A stretch of 64,000 bases of DNA from Octopus vulgaris (lineage: Eukaryota), in contig OX597817.1 of NCBI GenBank assembly GCA_951406725.2, positions 63,116,001 through 63,180,000 of the forward strand. Reading direction: 5' to 3'. How positions within the stretch are numbered: the first letter of the stretch is position 1; every line of letters begins with the position of its first letter. Below the pieces are notes generated by a model, which did not search any database, was not told where the DNA came from, and saw only the letters and a program-made list of their open reading frames with translations. Below are positions 1-12,802 of this stretch, piece by piece. The position numbers were made by a program, and so were the translations under genes.

Positions 1-349
1 AGCATGAAATTGAAAATTTAATTTCCTCATGCAGTCGAAGATGTCAGAATGTGATTGAAGCTAAAGGGTTTCACACTAAATATTAAATAATTCCAGTATT
101 CTCTGTCATTTTTGATTATTTTTTTATTTTTTCAACCGTTCTGATCATTTTGGCCGCCATGGGTTTTGCAGTAAATCACTAAATCATCCATAACTTTTTG
201 TATTATCCTCTCAAATTACACCAAAATCTCAGACAATAACAATTAATATTGTATTTATTGTCTGTAAAAATATAAAACTACTTTGATAAAAACTTATACT
301 TACTTTTCTGACGAAAACAATGCCATTCTGAACATTTTGGCCGCAACTG
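1..349 (+). mobile_element. 3' end of a Tc1-family DNA transposon with IR/DR-type terminal repeat
   Basis: Bases 3-86 translate as HEIENLISSCSRRCQNVIEAKGFHTKY*, a typical Tc1 transposase C-terminus. The element ends ...ttttggccgcaactg followed by TA (350-351). An inner direct repeat ttctgatcattttggccgc (139-157) matches the outer ttctgaacattttggccgc (326-344). Confidence 0.85.
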
Positions 350-662
350 TATATGATATAATTACATTGCGTACGGCATACAGCAAAAAATATTTTCTAA
401 TTACGAAAATATTTAATTTGATTTGAATGAATGATACACCAATTTCTATATTTAAAAATGATAATAATCTCTACTTTTTATGACACCGATATACTAATAT
501 ATATAGGAATAGGGGGATATAGTAACACACATTGTTGACAACAACCGTCTGAATTACCAGATACCAACCTCTTGCCCCAGAGGCGGTCTCATCTCTCGTG
601 GATAAAAATGTTTGTCGTCTTACTGGCGACATAAATTGTTGCTAGTGGTTTCAAAATGATAA

Positions 663-1060
663 CTTTTTCTACTCTAGGCACAAGGCCCGAAATTTTGGAG
701 AAGTGGGCCAGTCGATTAGATCGACTTCAGTACGCAACTGGTACTTAATTTATCGACCCTGAAAAGATGAAAGACAAAGTCGACTTCGGCGGAATTTGAA
801 ATCAGAACGTAAAGACAGAAGAAATACCTATTTCTTTACTATCCACAAGGGGCTAAACACAGAGAGGACAAACAAGGACAGACAAATAGATTAAGTCGAT
901 TATATCGACTCCAGTGCGTAACTGGTACTTAGTTTATCGACCCCGAAAGGATGAAAGGCAAAGTCGACCTCGGCGGAATTTGAACTCAGATGGTAACAGC
1001 AGACGAAATATGGCTACGCATTTCGCCCGGCGTGCTAACGTTTCTGCCAGCTCACCGCCT
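663..1060 (-). mobile_element. Dimeric tRNA-derived SINE (family S2) with 17-bp target-site duplication
   Basis: Two tandem units share tcgaccccgaaaggatgaaaggcaaagtcgacctcggcggaatttgaactcag. tRNA-like A/B boxes lie on the minus strand. Flanked by tggtttcaaaatgataa at 646-662 and 1061-1077. Confidence 0.85.
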
Positions 1061-1662
1061 TGGTTTCAAAATGATAATAAAATGTTTCGATAATTTATAC
1101 TGTCATATTACAAATACCTAAACTCTGCCAAGCACAGAGATACAAACTCACATACATTCACATATACAACAGGTTGTTTATTTCTGTTTCCGTCGGTCAA
1201 ATCTAGCCACAAGACTTTGGTCGGCATGTGGCTATTGAAGGCATTCGCTCGACGTGTCACGCAATGGGACTGAACCTGGAACGATGTGGTTAGAACTTCT
1301 TACCACCAAGCAATATAGAAAAAATACCAGGTTGACTCTGTTCTGCATTATCTAATGTTTCGTGGCCACTGAATGCGACCACATCCTGAGCTGTGTGCTC
1401 TATGCCTACAGTATTTTAAGTAATGTGCTGTATAGCCTTCCAACTTCAGTTAAAAGAGATGAGTGCTACTTACTTTCATTGTTCACCTACTCGTGTGTAC
1501 AAACACAGGCACATTTATATTAGCAGGATACTCTGCGTTGTTTGGGAGCATATAATGCAGTTAGTGATCTATTTCTTGGTCTCAAGCCCAATACACCTAC
1601 CTCTTACGTTATTATGGCTGCCCCCTCGTTATCAAGTATGGCCATTGAACGAAGCTTAACTG

Positions 1663-1960
1663 TTACTGGTGCTGTGATCGAATGTGACTTTTTAGCCCAG
1701 CTAAAGATCTACTATGTCTTGTACAGAATTGGCAACTAAAACCTTTACCGGTAATAGCCGGCTGTAGTTGTAACTGGGCTTCATGTACCTTTGCATGTCG
1801 TTTAAGTCCTCCTGCCGAATTACACTCTCTTCCACATGCCCGACAGATATGATTAGTATGGTGTGTTACACCACCACCAGTGGCCAGGTTGTCACTCATC
1901 TGTCTCGCTTTATGACTACAAAGATGACTCTTGAGTCCAGCTTTACTGAGGCAGGGTCTT
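1663..1960 (-). pseudogene. C2H2-like zinc-finger fragment, probably the C-terminus of an RTE-type LINE ORF
   Basis: Motifs CLSKAGLKSHLCSH, CRACGRECNSAGGLKRHAKVH and CQFCTRHSRSLAGLKSHIRSQH. The linkers are long rather than TGEKP. The 5' side is cut off by a (TACA)n microsatellite. Confidence 0.55.
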
Positions 1961-1975
1961 ATGTACATACATACA

Positions 1976-2008
<33 letters not shown>

Positions 2009-2081
2009 TCACACACACATACATATATGTATATGTATATGTATATTTATTTGTTTATACATACATACATACATACATTAT

Positions 2082-2273
2082 TCTTTTATTTGTTTCAATC
2101 ATTTGACTACAGCCATGCTGTAGCACTGCCTTTTAGTCAAAGAAATCGATCCTACGATTTATTCTTTGTAAGCCTGGTACTTATTCTATCGGCACTCTTT
2201 TGCCAAACCGCTAAGTTACGGGGACGTAAACACACCAACATCGGTTGTGAAGCGACGAGGGGAGGACAAGCAC

Positions 2274-2304
<31 letters not shown>

Positions 2305-2465
2305 TACATATATACGACGGGCTTCTCTCAGTTTCTGCCAACTACTCACAAGGCTTTGGTCGGGCCAAGGCTATAGTGAGGACACTTGACCAAGGTGCTA
2401 CACAGTAGGACTAAACCTGGAACCATGTGGTTGGGAAGCAATCTTCTTACCACACAGTCACGCCT
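2082..2465 (-). mobile_element. tRNA-derived SINE (family S1)
   Basis: Matches the other S1 copies at 16027, 22026, 43181 and 54811: tRNA-like head, caccttgggcaagtgtc core, internal (CA)n, and tail related to ggcggtgctccagcatggccgcagtcaaatgactgaaac. Confidence 0.85.
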
Positions 2466-3246
2466 GTTTCCTTTATACAATTTCTGTGCGTATGCCAAAA
2501 ACTCGACACGACTGTACAGGTCAGCAGCGGGCCTTTGAAATCCTCAAATAACAATTTACGCATGCGCCGGCAATTCCTTTATATTGTTACGAAACCTGCC
2601 GTCGCTCAAACTTCGAACTCGGGACCCTACTAAGTCGAGCGACGACGATTGACCGGCCCAGTCGAACGGGATTTTAAAGGGTGGTTTCTTAAACTTTCCC
2701 TGACCGGAAAAGGGTCAAAGGTCTCTTCCAAACACATCAATTTCTCCAGAAACCGAGAGGACAAAAGGCTTTAGCCGTCTGCTTTGCGCCAACTGCCAAA
2801 ACCAAGCCACAAGCACTCTTTCTCCGAATGACCTCGTATCAATATTTAAGATTGGAGTAGGGTAGAAAATAATGGGTAGTTTCTCTGCGAAGCAAAGAGC
2901 ACATGCAAGACTCAATCCCTTATAAGGAAGATATAGTTGCTCACAAAGACTAGTCTTTTCAATGCAGCTTTGGGCTATTTCACTTGTGAAATTGTAATAC
3001 TAATCGAAACATGGTATCGTTTCTATGTACACTGTTATATATCTTGATATTGATGTTTGTATATCCTTGAATATTTTTTATGTATATACTTGCACGTATA
3101 TTACATAACATTCTCTCACTTTCTCTCTCACTCTTCCTCACACATACACTTTCTCTTTCCCCCCTCTCTCTCTCTCTCTCTCTCTCTATCTCTATCTATC
3201 TATCTTCCTCTGTATGTCTTCTCTTAGCCTCTATAATACACGTACA

Positions 3247-3286
<40 letters not shown>

Positions 3287-3330
3287 ATATATCTTCCTCT
3301 GTATGTCTTCTCTTAGCCTCTATAATACAC

Positions 3331-3385
<55 letters not shown>

Positions 3386-3839
3386 TACATTCATCCATCT
3401 ATTGATCCATCTATCTGTCCATTCATCCATCGTACATACATGTACACATATGTACAAACGTATATATATAGGTATATACACACATAAATACAAACATAAT
3501 ACACATAAACACACACACACATACACACACATACAGCTAACCATCAACGGAGCCTCTACACAACTTGACTGTTTCCGTAAGGAAGGAATTTCCGTGAAGT
3601 TTTGTTCTGGCTCCTTCTCTCACATTTGAACTACTCCATCTGTAAATCGATCTCATGAGTGCTGATATCTCGAAAAAAAAGCACCCAGTACATACTGTAA
3701 ACGTGGTTGGTATCAAGAATGGTTATCTAGTTCTAGAAACCACGCCAATGTAGATACTGTAGTTCGATACAGTTTTCAGGCCTGTCTCGTTGGATCCTTT
3801 CAACTCGTCCAATCTATCGCAGCGTGGAATATTGACGTT

Positions 3840-3902
<63 letters not shown>

Positions 3903-3903
<1 letters not shown>

Positions 3904-4031
3904 GTGAAATAGAAAGATGAATAATCTTGTAGTAGATTAATCAAAAGTTTAACCGATACCTTAGTAGCAAAAATCACAGCAACGATCTGTTCAATCTGGG
4001 TTCAGCTCCATTTCTTCAATTCACCAATAAT
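3903..4031. mobile_element. Internally deleted miniature derivative of the Penelope-like element at 46968-48980
   Basis: The first ~76 bp match 46970-47048 and the last ~46 bp match 48935-48980. It is embedded in (TA)n on both sides. Confidence 0.8.
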
Positions 4032-4032
4032 G

Positions 4033-4099
<67 letters not shown>

Positions 4100-4101
<2 letters not shown>

Positions 4102-4790
4102 AGGAAAATAAGACAAGGTAGAAAATGCTAAAATGATTTTATCATGGAATACATTTTGCGACGGTTAGTACCGGTTTCAGTCTTTTTGACTTTTTCAACT
4201 AAGAGTAAAACAAAGGCGGATATTAATTAAGAAGAAAAACAATTAAATTGAAGAAAAAATTAAATGAAATGTTTTGTAAATATTTCCATAGTCTTCGAAT
4301 AAGTAGGACATTTCCCTTTTATCTGTCTCTCTCTCTCTTTTTCTTTGTGGAGGCTCAGTGGGTAGTAGCAGATCTGAAAAAATAGTGTTTATGGGTGCAG
4401 AGAAATATTTGGTTCTGACGTTTCATAGTTTAAGCAGCAGCAGCCGAGGAAGGAGAGGGCGAAGAAGAAGAAGGAAGTGATATGACCCGGTAGTAGATGC
4501 TGTCTGTGGAATCTACTTTAATGGTCAATTGACCTAAGAGTGACCTGTTATGGTTGTAGCAGTAGTGGTAAGAACTGTTCTAAATACATTCATGGGTATG
4601 TAATAATGGCATCTGTGGTGGAATCATTCAAAAGGGGTTTAATTTTGTGATAAAATATGATTCTTTGCTAATGCGCTGATTATAGGTAGCATTGTCCCTA
4701 AATTTATAGAGTGGAACAATTCTAATTTTGGGTTGTTCCTAAGTGGCACAAACGTCGATGTGGTCACTTAATGCTATCTATAACAGTAAT
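4100..4790 (-). mobile_element. Penelope-like element 3' remnant (GIY-YIG C-terminus plus pLTR)
   Basis: Minus strand ~4780-4628 reads IALSDHIDVCAT*EQPKIRIVPLYKFRDNATYNQRISKESYFITKLNP, a PLE endonuclease C-terminal pattern. A hammerhead-like motif sits at 4165-4202, and the element abuts (TA)n. Confidence 0.7.
4165..4202 (-). ncRNA. Minimal type I hammerhead-like motif with variant core
   Basis: Minus strand reads uuag-UUGAAAA-aguc-aaaaa-gacu-GAAAC-CG-GUA-cuaa. Stems I and II pair and stem III is palindromic (accggu). The CUGANGA box is non-canonical. Confidence 0.5.
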
Positions 4791-4835
4791 CAACAACCAT
4801 ACTTTCTCACTCATATCTAAATATATATATATATA

Positions 4836-4956
4836 AATAAAAACTTGGAGAAGAGAAATAACGCGTGCGTTCGGTTATAAAATAATATAAATAAAATATA
4901 TGCATATATACATACATATATGTACATACTTACATCTACATGTATATATACATGCA

Positions 4957-5022
<66 letters not shown>

Positions 5023-5918
5023 TACAGGACACCACAAATAAACGGAGAACACAACGAGAGACGAAAACATAAAATCAAACAAGGAAACGGACATTTTTTT
5101 AACAACGAAAAAACAGGGAAACGGACGTTTTTTAAACAACGAAAAAACAGAGTACAGGACAAACAATACAAGGAAAATTCCCCTTCATCAGCTGCCTCTG
5201 GTTCGACTCAATGTGTGTTTCGAAGGTAAGGGCAGAACACGGCCAGTTCGAAGGAGTCATTCCTGCAAAAGGAATTAAATGAAATTCTTTTGCAGAGGGG
5301 TAAAACAAGTGACAAAAACAGGACGTAAAAGCAATACAAATGAAGAAAAAACAGTAGAAAAAGCAGTACAAATAAAGAAATAGGACAGGGAACCAACAAT
5401 AAGGGCTTTTTTTGCCTAGACGGTGGAAAAATTAGTTAGAACGCATGTGAAAAATCGGCTTACGAAGGACAGAAGTCGATCTATACTTGTTGAAGCACGA
5501 AGCTGAAAGAAAGTTTTAGCAGCCCTCTGGTCAGGAGGAGGATAGAGAGGGAGAGGGGGGAGAGAAACCAGGGTGAAAAATAAGGAGAGAGACAAGTAGA
5601 GAGGAAGACAGGCAGGCAGAGAGGAAAGGTCAAAGAGTGCGCGTCATGATTATTCAAATAAAAACTTGGAAAAGAGAAATAACGCGTGCATTCGGTCATA
5701 TAATAATATAAATAAATAAAATATATGCATATATACATACATATATGTACATACTTACATCTACATGTGTATATACATGCATATATATATATATATATGA
5801 GTACAGGACACCACAAATAAACGTAGAACACAACGAGAGACGAAAACATAAAATCAAACAAGGAAACGGACTTTTTTTTAACAACGAAAAAATAGGGAAA
5901 CGGACTTTTTTTAAACAA
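4836..5918 (-). mobile_element. Non-coding PLE/retrozyme-like family P1, about 1.3 units
   Basis: Unit of ~820 bp, with 4836-5100 repeated at 5657-5918. Homologous to the copies at 14719, 17560, 25630, 27338 and 38735. Both ends lie in (TA)n, and hammerhead boxes are at 5180-5262. Confidence 0.8.
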
Positions 5919-5959
5919 CATATATATATATTGAGAGAGAAAGAGAGAGTTCAACTTTA

Positions 5960-6110
5960 TAGAAAAACAAAAACGAAGAAGGGTGTTGGGACAACAAGCA
6001 AGTGTATTAGCTTGCCGCTCGGAAAAAACGGAAAAGTCTTTTACGTTTCGAGCCTACGCTCTTCGATAGAAACGAATAAGAGAAAAAAAATAGAGTGAGA
6101 ATGAAAAAAA
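5960..6110 (-). mobile_element. Short PLE-like pLTR fragment (family P3) with degenerate minimal hammerhead
   Basis: Reverse complement of 14490-14650. Contains gagc-gtag-gctc-GAAACGTA-aaag. Confidence 0.55.
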
Positions 6111-6221
6111 AACGTGTTGAGTTCAGTGGCCCAAAGAGAGAGAGAGAGAGAGGGGGGGATGGAGAGGAAAATCAAAATTAAAACAAAAGCAAACAAAAAC
6201 CACACATATCCATACATATAT

Positions 6222-6510
6222 GGCACTGTCACTCCATTGGTTACAACAATGAGAATACCTTGCTCATGACATTAACGTGCACGTGGCTGAGCACTCCACA
6301 GACACGTGAAACCTTAATGTAGTTCTCAGGAAAATTCAACGTGATACAGAATGTGAAAAGGTTGGTCCTTTCAAATACAGGTAATACTTATTTTTACCAG
6401 CTGAGTGGACTCGAACAACGTTAAATAAAGTGTCTTGCTCAGGCGCACAACGCGCCGCCGGAATTGAACTCACAACCCTTACGACTGTGAACCGAATACC
6501 CTAATCACTA
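6222..6510 (-). mobile_element. tRNA-derived SINE (family S3)
   Basis: Shares ctgagtggactggagcaacgtgaaataaagtgtcttgctca and a tRNA-like head with the copies at 34977, 36938 and 54329. Confidence 0.75.
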
Positions 6511-6544
6511 ACACATAAACACACATATGTATGTATGTGTGTGT

Positions 6545-6810
<266 letters not shown>

Positions 6811-7406
6811 TCCTATACTGGTCCAAACAAAAGTCCCCTAGGACAAAACCCCTCTAGGACAAAAGCCTCATGGTTATATTTTTCAGTTATTTTTTCGTTC
6901 TGAGAATTTTTAGTTGAATGTATCGATCCCTAGCCATGTCGGGATACCACCTTGAAGAATTTTTAGTTGGCTGTATGGAACCCAAAATTTTTTTATCAAA
7001 ACCACTTCTGTGATATAATTCATTTTTGTTTTTCTTTTTTACTTGTTGCAGTCATTAGACTAAGGCCAGGCTGGGGCACCACCTTGAGGAAATTTTAGTC
7101 GATTGTATCGACCCCAGAATTCGTTTTAGATGATTTTCAACCAGCGCATGAAGTTAAGCGCAGAAGGTCTCTCGACATGCTAGAAATAACAGCCAAATAT
7201 CTTGAAATTTGTTTATAACCCCTCGGTTAAATTTTTGGATTATTCTTCGTTTATTTTTTTATTTTTTCTAAAATTCTTTTTACTTGTTTCAGTCACTGGA
7301 CTGCGGCCATGCTGGGGTACTGCCTTGAAGGATTTCTAGTCGAATGTATCGACCCCAGAATCATTTTTAGGTGATTTTCAGGCAGCACATAAAGTTAAGC
7401 CTAAAG

Positions 7407-10401
7407 CAGGATTGCCAATTTAGCATATTTTATGCTAGATCTAGCATTTTTTTTTTCAGCATTTAGCAGAAAATTTTTGAACCTAGCGTTTAGCAGGGAA
7501 AATAGGTTTAAAATTTTATTTAGCAATTTTTTTAGTATTTTTCTCTGATCATGACATTTCCACAATAGTTACCCTTGTTTCTTCTTTTTCCTCCTTTTCT
7601 ACTTTCGTTAAAGTATCTTAGCCAAATTTTCGTACTATAGGCTATTGTTGAATTTTTCTTTCACTTTCATGAAACTTCAAATGAAAATTATCCAAAGGAA
7701 ATTTATCAAGTTATGAACTTTTCCAGCCCCCACCTCACCCCGCTTGGGTACAGAGTGGTGCTTGGGGTGGGGGGAAGATAACTCATGTCAGCACCTGAAG
7801 TAACTACACAATAATGTAAATATACTGCAAAGAAAGAAAGCATGGTGACATTTTATCATGACAGGTTGACTGATTTACTTTCAGTTTGACTTTTAAAATA
7901 GGTCTGTGTTTTTTCATGCTTGTTTTGGATTATATAGCTTGTGTAGAAGTATGGGGTTGACAGGGTCTCCCCCTTTATATTTCTATTTACTCCCCCCCCC
8001 CCCCCCGTATTGTAGTTATATTTGTGGTTTTACCAATAGATATTAAATATAAGATTGGAAGTGAAATATGATGTTCCCAGGTTTATATCAGAACATAGTT
8101 TTAGGATTTCTGCAGATTTGGCTACCCAGTATCCTGAATCAGTATTCTTCACCTCAAGAATTTGTAAGCAACAAACATAAGAATTGTTAATGGCGAATGA
8201 AAGAATTCTTAGCAGCAAACTTGTTGTATTTTCAATTTTATATTTTTATTAATCATTCAATTTATTTTCTTGCTTCCCACTACATTATAATGAGCAAAGA
8301 AAAAAACAAAGATGTACCAGCAAAAAATCTGAAAGGAATGGCTTAAGATGCCAAGTGGTTGTGTGAAGTACCTAGTGACCAATCTAAAGCACATTGCAGA
8401 TATTGTAGATGTAATATGTTGGCAAAATATTCTCTTTTAGTAAGCCACTGTGAAGCAAAGAAACATAAGACATCAACTAAACAACAGCAAATGATTCCCC
8501 TTACCAATTTTATTAAATCAAAAAGGATAAGACATCTATGCTCGAAGCAAATTTAGCAATGTTTATTTGTTGCTACTCATGATTTAATAACTGTGATCAC
8601 TTAACAGAGTTATGGAAGATAGTGATATTATGTCCAAAGTGAAGTTGCATCATACAAAATGAGCAAATATTGTGAGAAATGTTCTAGCACCATATATATA
8701 TATCGATGGAGATTTGATTTCTGATATAGGAAATAGAAAATTTAGCCTGTTATTAGATGAACCCAATGATATATCGATAAACAAGTTGTTAGGAATTATC
8801 ATATATTACAGTGACACTCACAAAAAAGTGGTACATACATATCCCAGTATGGTATCTTCAGAAACATGTGATGCAGATGGCATTGTAGATGCCTTAAAAA
8901 TTGAATTAGCGAAAAGGAAGTTAAATATTTAAAAAATCACTGGGTATAGGAACTGACAATGCTAGAGTAATGACAGGAGTCAACAATGGTGTTTTGCAGA
9001 AATTAAAAGAAGTTCCATCATTAATTCTATTTAAATGTGTATGCAATTCTTTACAGTTGGCAGTATCCCACACTTGTGCTGAATGCCTGTACATAAATAT
9101 ATGTTTTAGTATCCGAAACCTATAAATGGTTCTCTCATTTTTCAACAAGACAAAGTACCTACAAACAACTTTACCTTGCTATCAATGATAAAGAGATTTT
9201 GAAGATTGTGAATTCTTGTACATCTAGGTGGTTGTCAAGAGAACCAGCTGTAAATAAAATTTTAAGCCAATGGTTTGAATTGCAAACTCACTTCCAAACT
9301 ATAACTACAAAAGAAAAATGCTTTACAGCACAAACATTACATGAAAGGTTTTGTGATTCTAGGAATGAACTTTACCTTTTATTTTTGCATCCTATTTTAA
9401 AACATGTTCAAGAAGTGAATAACCTGTTTTGAATCAAACACTGTCAACAAAACAAAATTACTTCAAGATCTTTCAAATTTAATCAAATCTGTTGCTAATA
9501 TGATAGTGCTGCCAACATGTTGAATTGATCCTCTTGATCCATGCTTCTTTTGAAAATTTTTGGGATCCTAAACCAAATTTAGGCTACAGGTTCGAGAGAA
9601 AGATAGCAGAAATGATTATCAAGAAGACTGTAACAGCCATCGAAGAAAACAATATTAACAAAAGAGCACAACAATTTTTACTCTGCATTTATAAAGAGCT
9701 CAAGCACCGTTTGCCAAAAAATATTTATATACTGAGCAATATTATGTTTTTCAGTAGAGAATATTTTGCAGCATTTCAAAGAGCCAATTTGATCTGTCTT
9801 AGAAGCAATGCATTTAAATGAAGAAAAAACTGCTTCAGTTGAAATTCAGATTAATAGCATTTATATTGTTAAATGGACAAATACATCTAATACTGAGGCA
9901 TTGTGGCTGGAAGTCTTGGAATATAAAGATGGTAGTGGGGGAAATCCTTTTAGAGATGTTGCAAATTTTGCCATTAATCTATTGACATTGCCAAACTCAA
10001 TTGCAGAAGTTGAACGGTTGTTCAGTAGTATGGGTGTAATCAAATCAAAATTGAAAAACAAAATGCATCTTCCTATGCTTAGATCAATTTTGTCTATAAA
10101 ATATGGCCTAAAAAGATATGGCAAATGTTGCAAAAACTTCGATGTTCCAAAACACATAATTAACAAGACTGGGACCTTGAATGTATACAGGAGTCAAGAC
10201 CTAGGCACTGCAGCTGAAAGTGACCAAATCAGTAAAATTCAAGAAATCACTTCTCAATGCTGAATATAATTAAAGAAAGTAAATAAAAATGTAAATAAAA
10301 ATTAAGCTTTTTGATATAATTACTCTTTAGCATTTCTTTTTTCTTTTTTAGCATTTTTCTAAAATTTAGCATAGATTTCTGATTTTAAGTTAGCTACACT
10401 G
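7407..10401 (+). mobile_element. hAT DNA transposon, full length and decayed
   Basis: Termini caggattgccaat... and ...gttagctacactg. tagcattt subterminal repeats at both ends. Degenerate TSD (cctaaag / ccaagaag) where the uninterrupted family-A site reads cctagaag. Confidence 0.8.
8290..10263 (+). pseudogene. hAT transposase pseudogene with frameshifts and stops
   Basis: BED-like finger AHCRYC...SHCEAKKH, FSLLLDE first catalytic Asp, GIGTDNA, SRWLS, and the C-terminal dimerisation motif LLTLPNSIAEVERLFSSMGVIKSKLKNKM, spread over five ORF pieces. Confidence 0.9.
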
Positions 10402-10782
10402 CCAAGAAGGTCTCTCCACATGTTAGAAATAACAGCCAAATTTTACAATTTTTTTTTTATATATATATACATAATTTCACCAAAAAAATATCATTTTCCA
10501 AAATTCCAATTTTTACATTAACAAAATATAGCCAATCGAAAAACGGTGTCAAAACATCTGTGTCCCTCACAATGGTATGTTCCGTGTGTTTCAATTATTT
10601 TCTTATTTTTTTAGAATAATTTTAAAGTTTGAAAATAAAAATAAATCAACCTTAACATCAATAATAGAATAACAGAAAGCAAGGTTCTTTACTACCCAAA
10701 GAATATTTTGTCTGAATTCTAACAAAAGGGAAAGCATTTACTTCAAGAAATGTGTAGAAACATAAAAATGATAAGAAGTATG

Positions 10783-12109
10783 GGATCTTTTCTTTTTGAA
10801 AGCCAGATTTTTCAGATTTTTCTAGTTAACTAAATAATTTGAAACTTCGTATACTGGTAGAATGTGTCAAAAGAAAACAATAATTTCAACTAGTTTTTTT
10901 GACAAAAATGTATTTTATAAGTTTAAACGTAGTTTAAATCTGCGAATTTTAACCAATCGTATTCTCTGTATTGAGTTGAAATTATTTGCTCCGTCTAAAC
11001 ATATTGTTACTGTGACGTAAACAGCACACACGTACTGTTTACTTTGGATGAATAATAAACACATATTCAATGATTTTGTATAGGCTTCGGGTGTTTTCTC
11101 TATACAATGTATATATTTACTATAAACTTGATCGATGTATTTTCTCGACCGTGGAAGAACAGACGGCTTGTTTTGAATTCCGGTGAGGGTTGAAACCCGA
11201 ACGTATAGGACCGTATTCCTAAACATTCTAACAGTCCTTTACCAAGCCCTTGTCAGCATGTAATATCATCTGATCCACATTATCTCTCTATTATTTGTCC
11301 ACGCGTAAAAATATATCATCAAGGTGACATAGTTAAACTTCGACGAAAAATATAATGTAAAGCTGGCAGAATCGGTAGTGCATCGGATAAAATGCCTAGC
11401 GTCATTTCTTACGAATCTTTACGTTCCGTGTTCGAATATTGCTGAGCTTTCCTTCTTTCGGGCGGCGCTTATAGAATAAGTACCAATTGAATACAATCGA
11501 CTAGTTCTTCCCATCAGCTTCAGGCCTTGTACTTACTGGGGAACGAAATATTATTAAGGAAGGGGGTGGGGCAAGCTGGCAGAATCGTTCGTGCGTCGGA
11601 CAAAATACCTTGTGACATTTCTTCCGACTCCTCACGTTACCGTCGTCGTCGACTTTACCTTTCATGATCAATTAAGTACCAGTCAATGTAATCGATTAAC
11701 CCCTCCTCCCAAATTGTTGGTCTTGTGCCAAAATTTTGTGCAATTTTATTTTTTATATCGAAACTAAATATATTTCGAAAGCCCGCCGTATTTTTATTAT
11801 TATTCTGTCTGTTTAGGACTTTGTTATATGGGACGGTGATGTTTACATTTTAGCTATGTTAACTACGTCACAAAATAGCTGTTTACGTCACAGTAACAAT
11901 ATTTTGAGAAGCAGTAAATAATATGAGGCCGAAAGAAAGAATATCATTAGTTAAAATTAAAATTTTTAAACAACGTTAAACTTTGAAATTACAATTCCGT
12001 TTTCATTTTGGTTTACAATAATGTTTTCTTTTGACACATTCTACCAGTATACGAAGTTTCAAATTGTTTAGCTAACTAGGAAAATCTGGCTTTCAAAAGG
12101 AAAAGATCC
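10783..12109. mobile_element. GGATC-ended long-TIR MITE (family M, MULE-like) with 8-bp TSD
   Basis: Ends ggatcttttc... and ...gaaaagatcc. Inverted arms of about 250 bp. TSD gaagtatg at 10775-10782 and 12110-12117. Confidence 0.85.
11361..11735 (+). mobile_element. Two degenerate S2 SINE copies inside the MITE
   Basis: agctggcagaatcg heads at ~11361 and ~11574, each followed by an aagtacca core. Confidence 0.65.
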
Positions 12110-12802
12110 GAAGTATGTTTGAATGACTATATATACACATTTGTCTCTGACATTTTTTCTCCACAAAAACCAGAATTTGTAATTTTTATGGAGAAACAGT
12201 CATCTCTCTATTTAGGCAAACGATAAGAAACACGTCAAAGACCGGAGAAAGTTCAAAATGTCAGCTCATTCTCATTAATCTATAAGTGCTGAGAGGAGAA
12301 AACAAAAGCCTTTAAATATATTTTATTAAATACTGACTTTTTTCTGCGACCAAAAATTCTTCAATGACTGAAACAAGTAAAAAAGATTTTTAGAAAATAA
12401 AGGAAACCGAGCGTGTTATTAAAAAATTTCAAGAGATTTGGCTGTTATTTCTAGCACGTGGAGATACCTTCTAGGCTTAACTTCATGTGCTGCTTGAAAA
12501 TCATTTAAAAACATTGTGGGGTCGTTACATTTGACTAAAAATTCCTAGAGGTGGTACCCCAGCATGATCGCAGTGGAATAACCGTAAAAAGTAAAAAGGA
12601 AAAAAATGCTGGGGTCAATACCCTCAAGGCAGTGCCCCAGCATGGCCGCAGTCTAATAACTGAAAGAAGTAAAAATTGAATAAAAAAAAAAGAAAAGAAT
12701 AATCGAAAAATATGACAGTGGGGCTGTTTGTTCACTTTCAGACTTTAACTATGGTGCTTTTATTCGAGGGGCTTTTGTCCTATTCTGATATATATATATA
12801 TA

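Larger units (their letters stand above)
6818..12787. mobile_element. Foldback-type non-autonomous DNA element (family A) with ggacaaaagcccc subterminal repeats, hosting nested hAT, MITE and SINE insertions
   Basis: The left end has ggacaaaa(g)cccc repeats (6825-6870) and the right end has ggggcttttgtcc (12768-12780). Arms 7030-7400 and 12360-12680 are inverted. A homologous copy lies at 30561-32490. Confidence 0.7.

Noticed and set aside
2585-2945. Possible solo LTR (TGTT...CACA, GC-richer)
   Set aside because: There is no matching TSD and no second copy in the window, so it cannot be supported.
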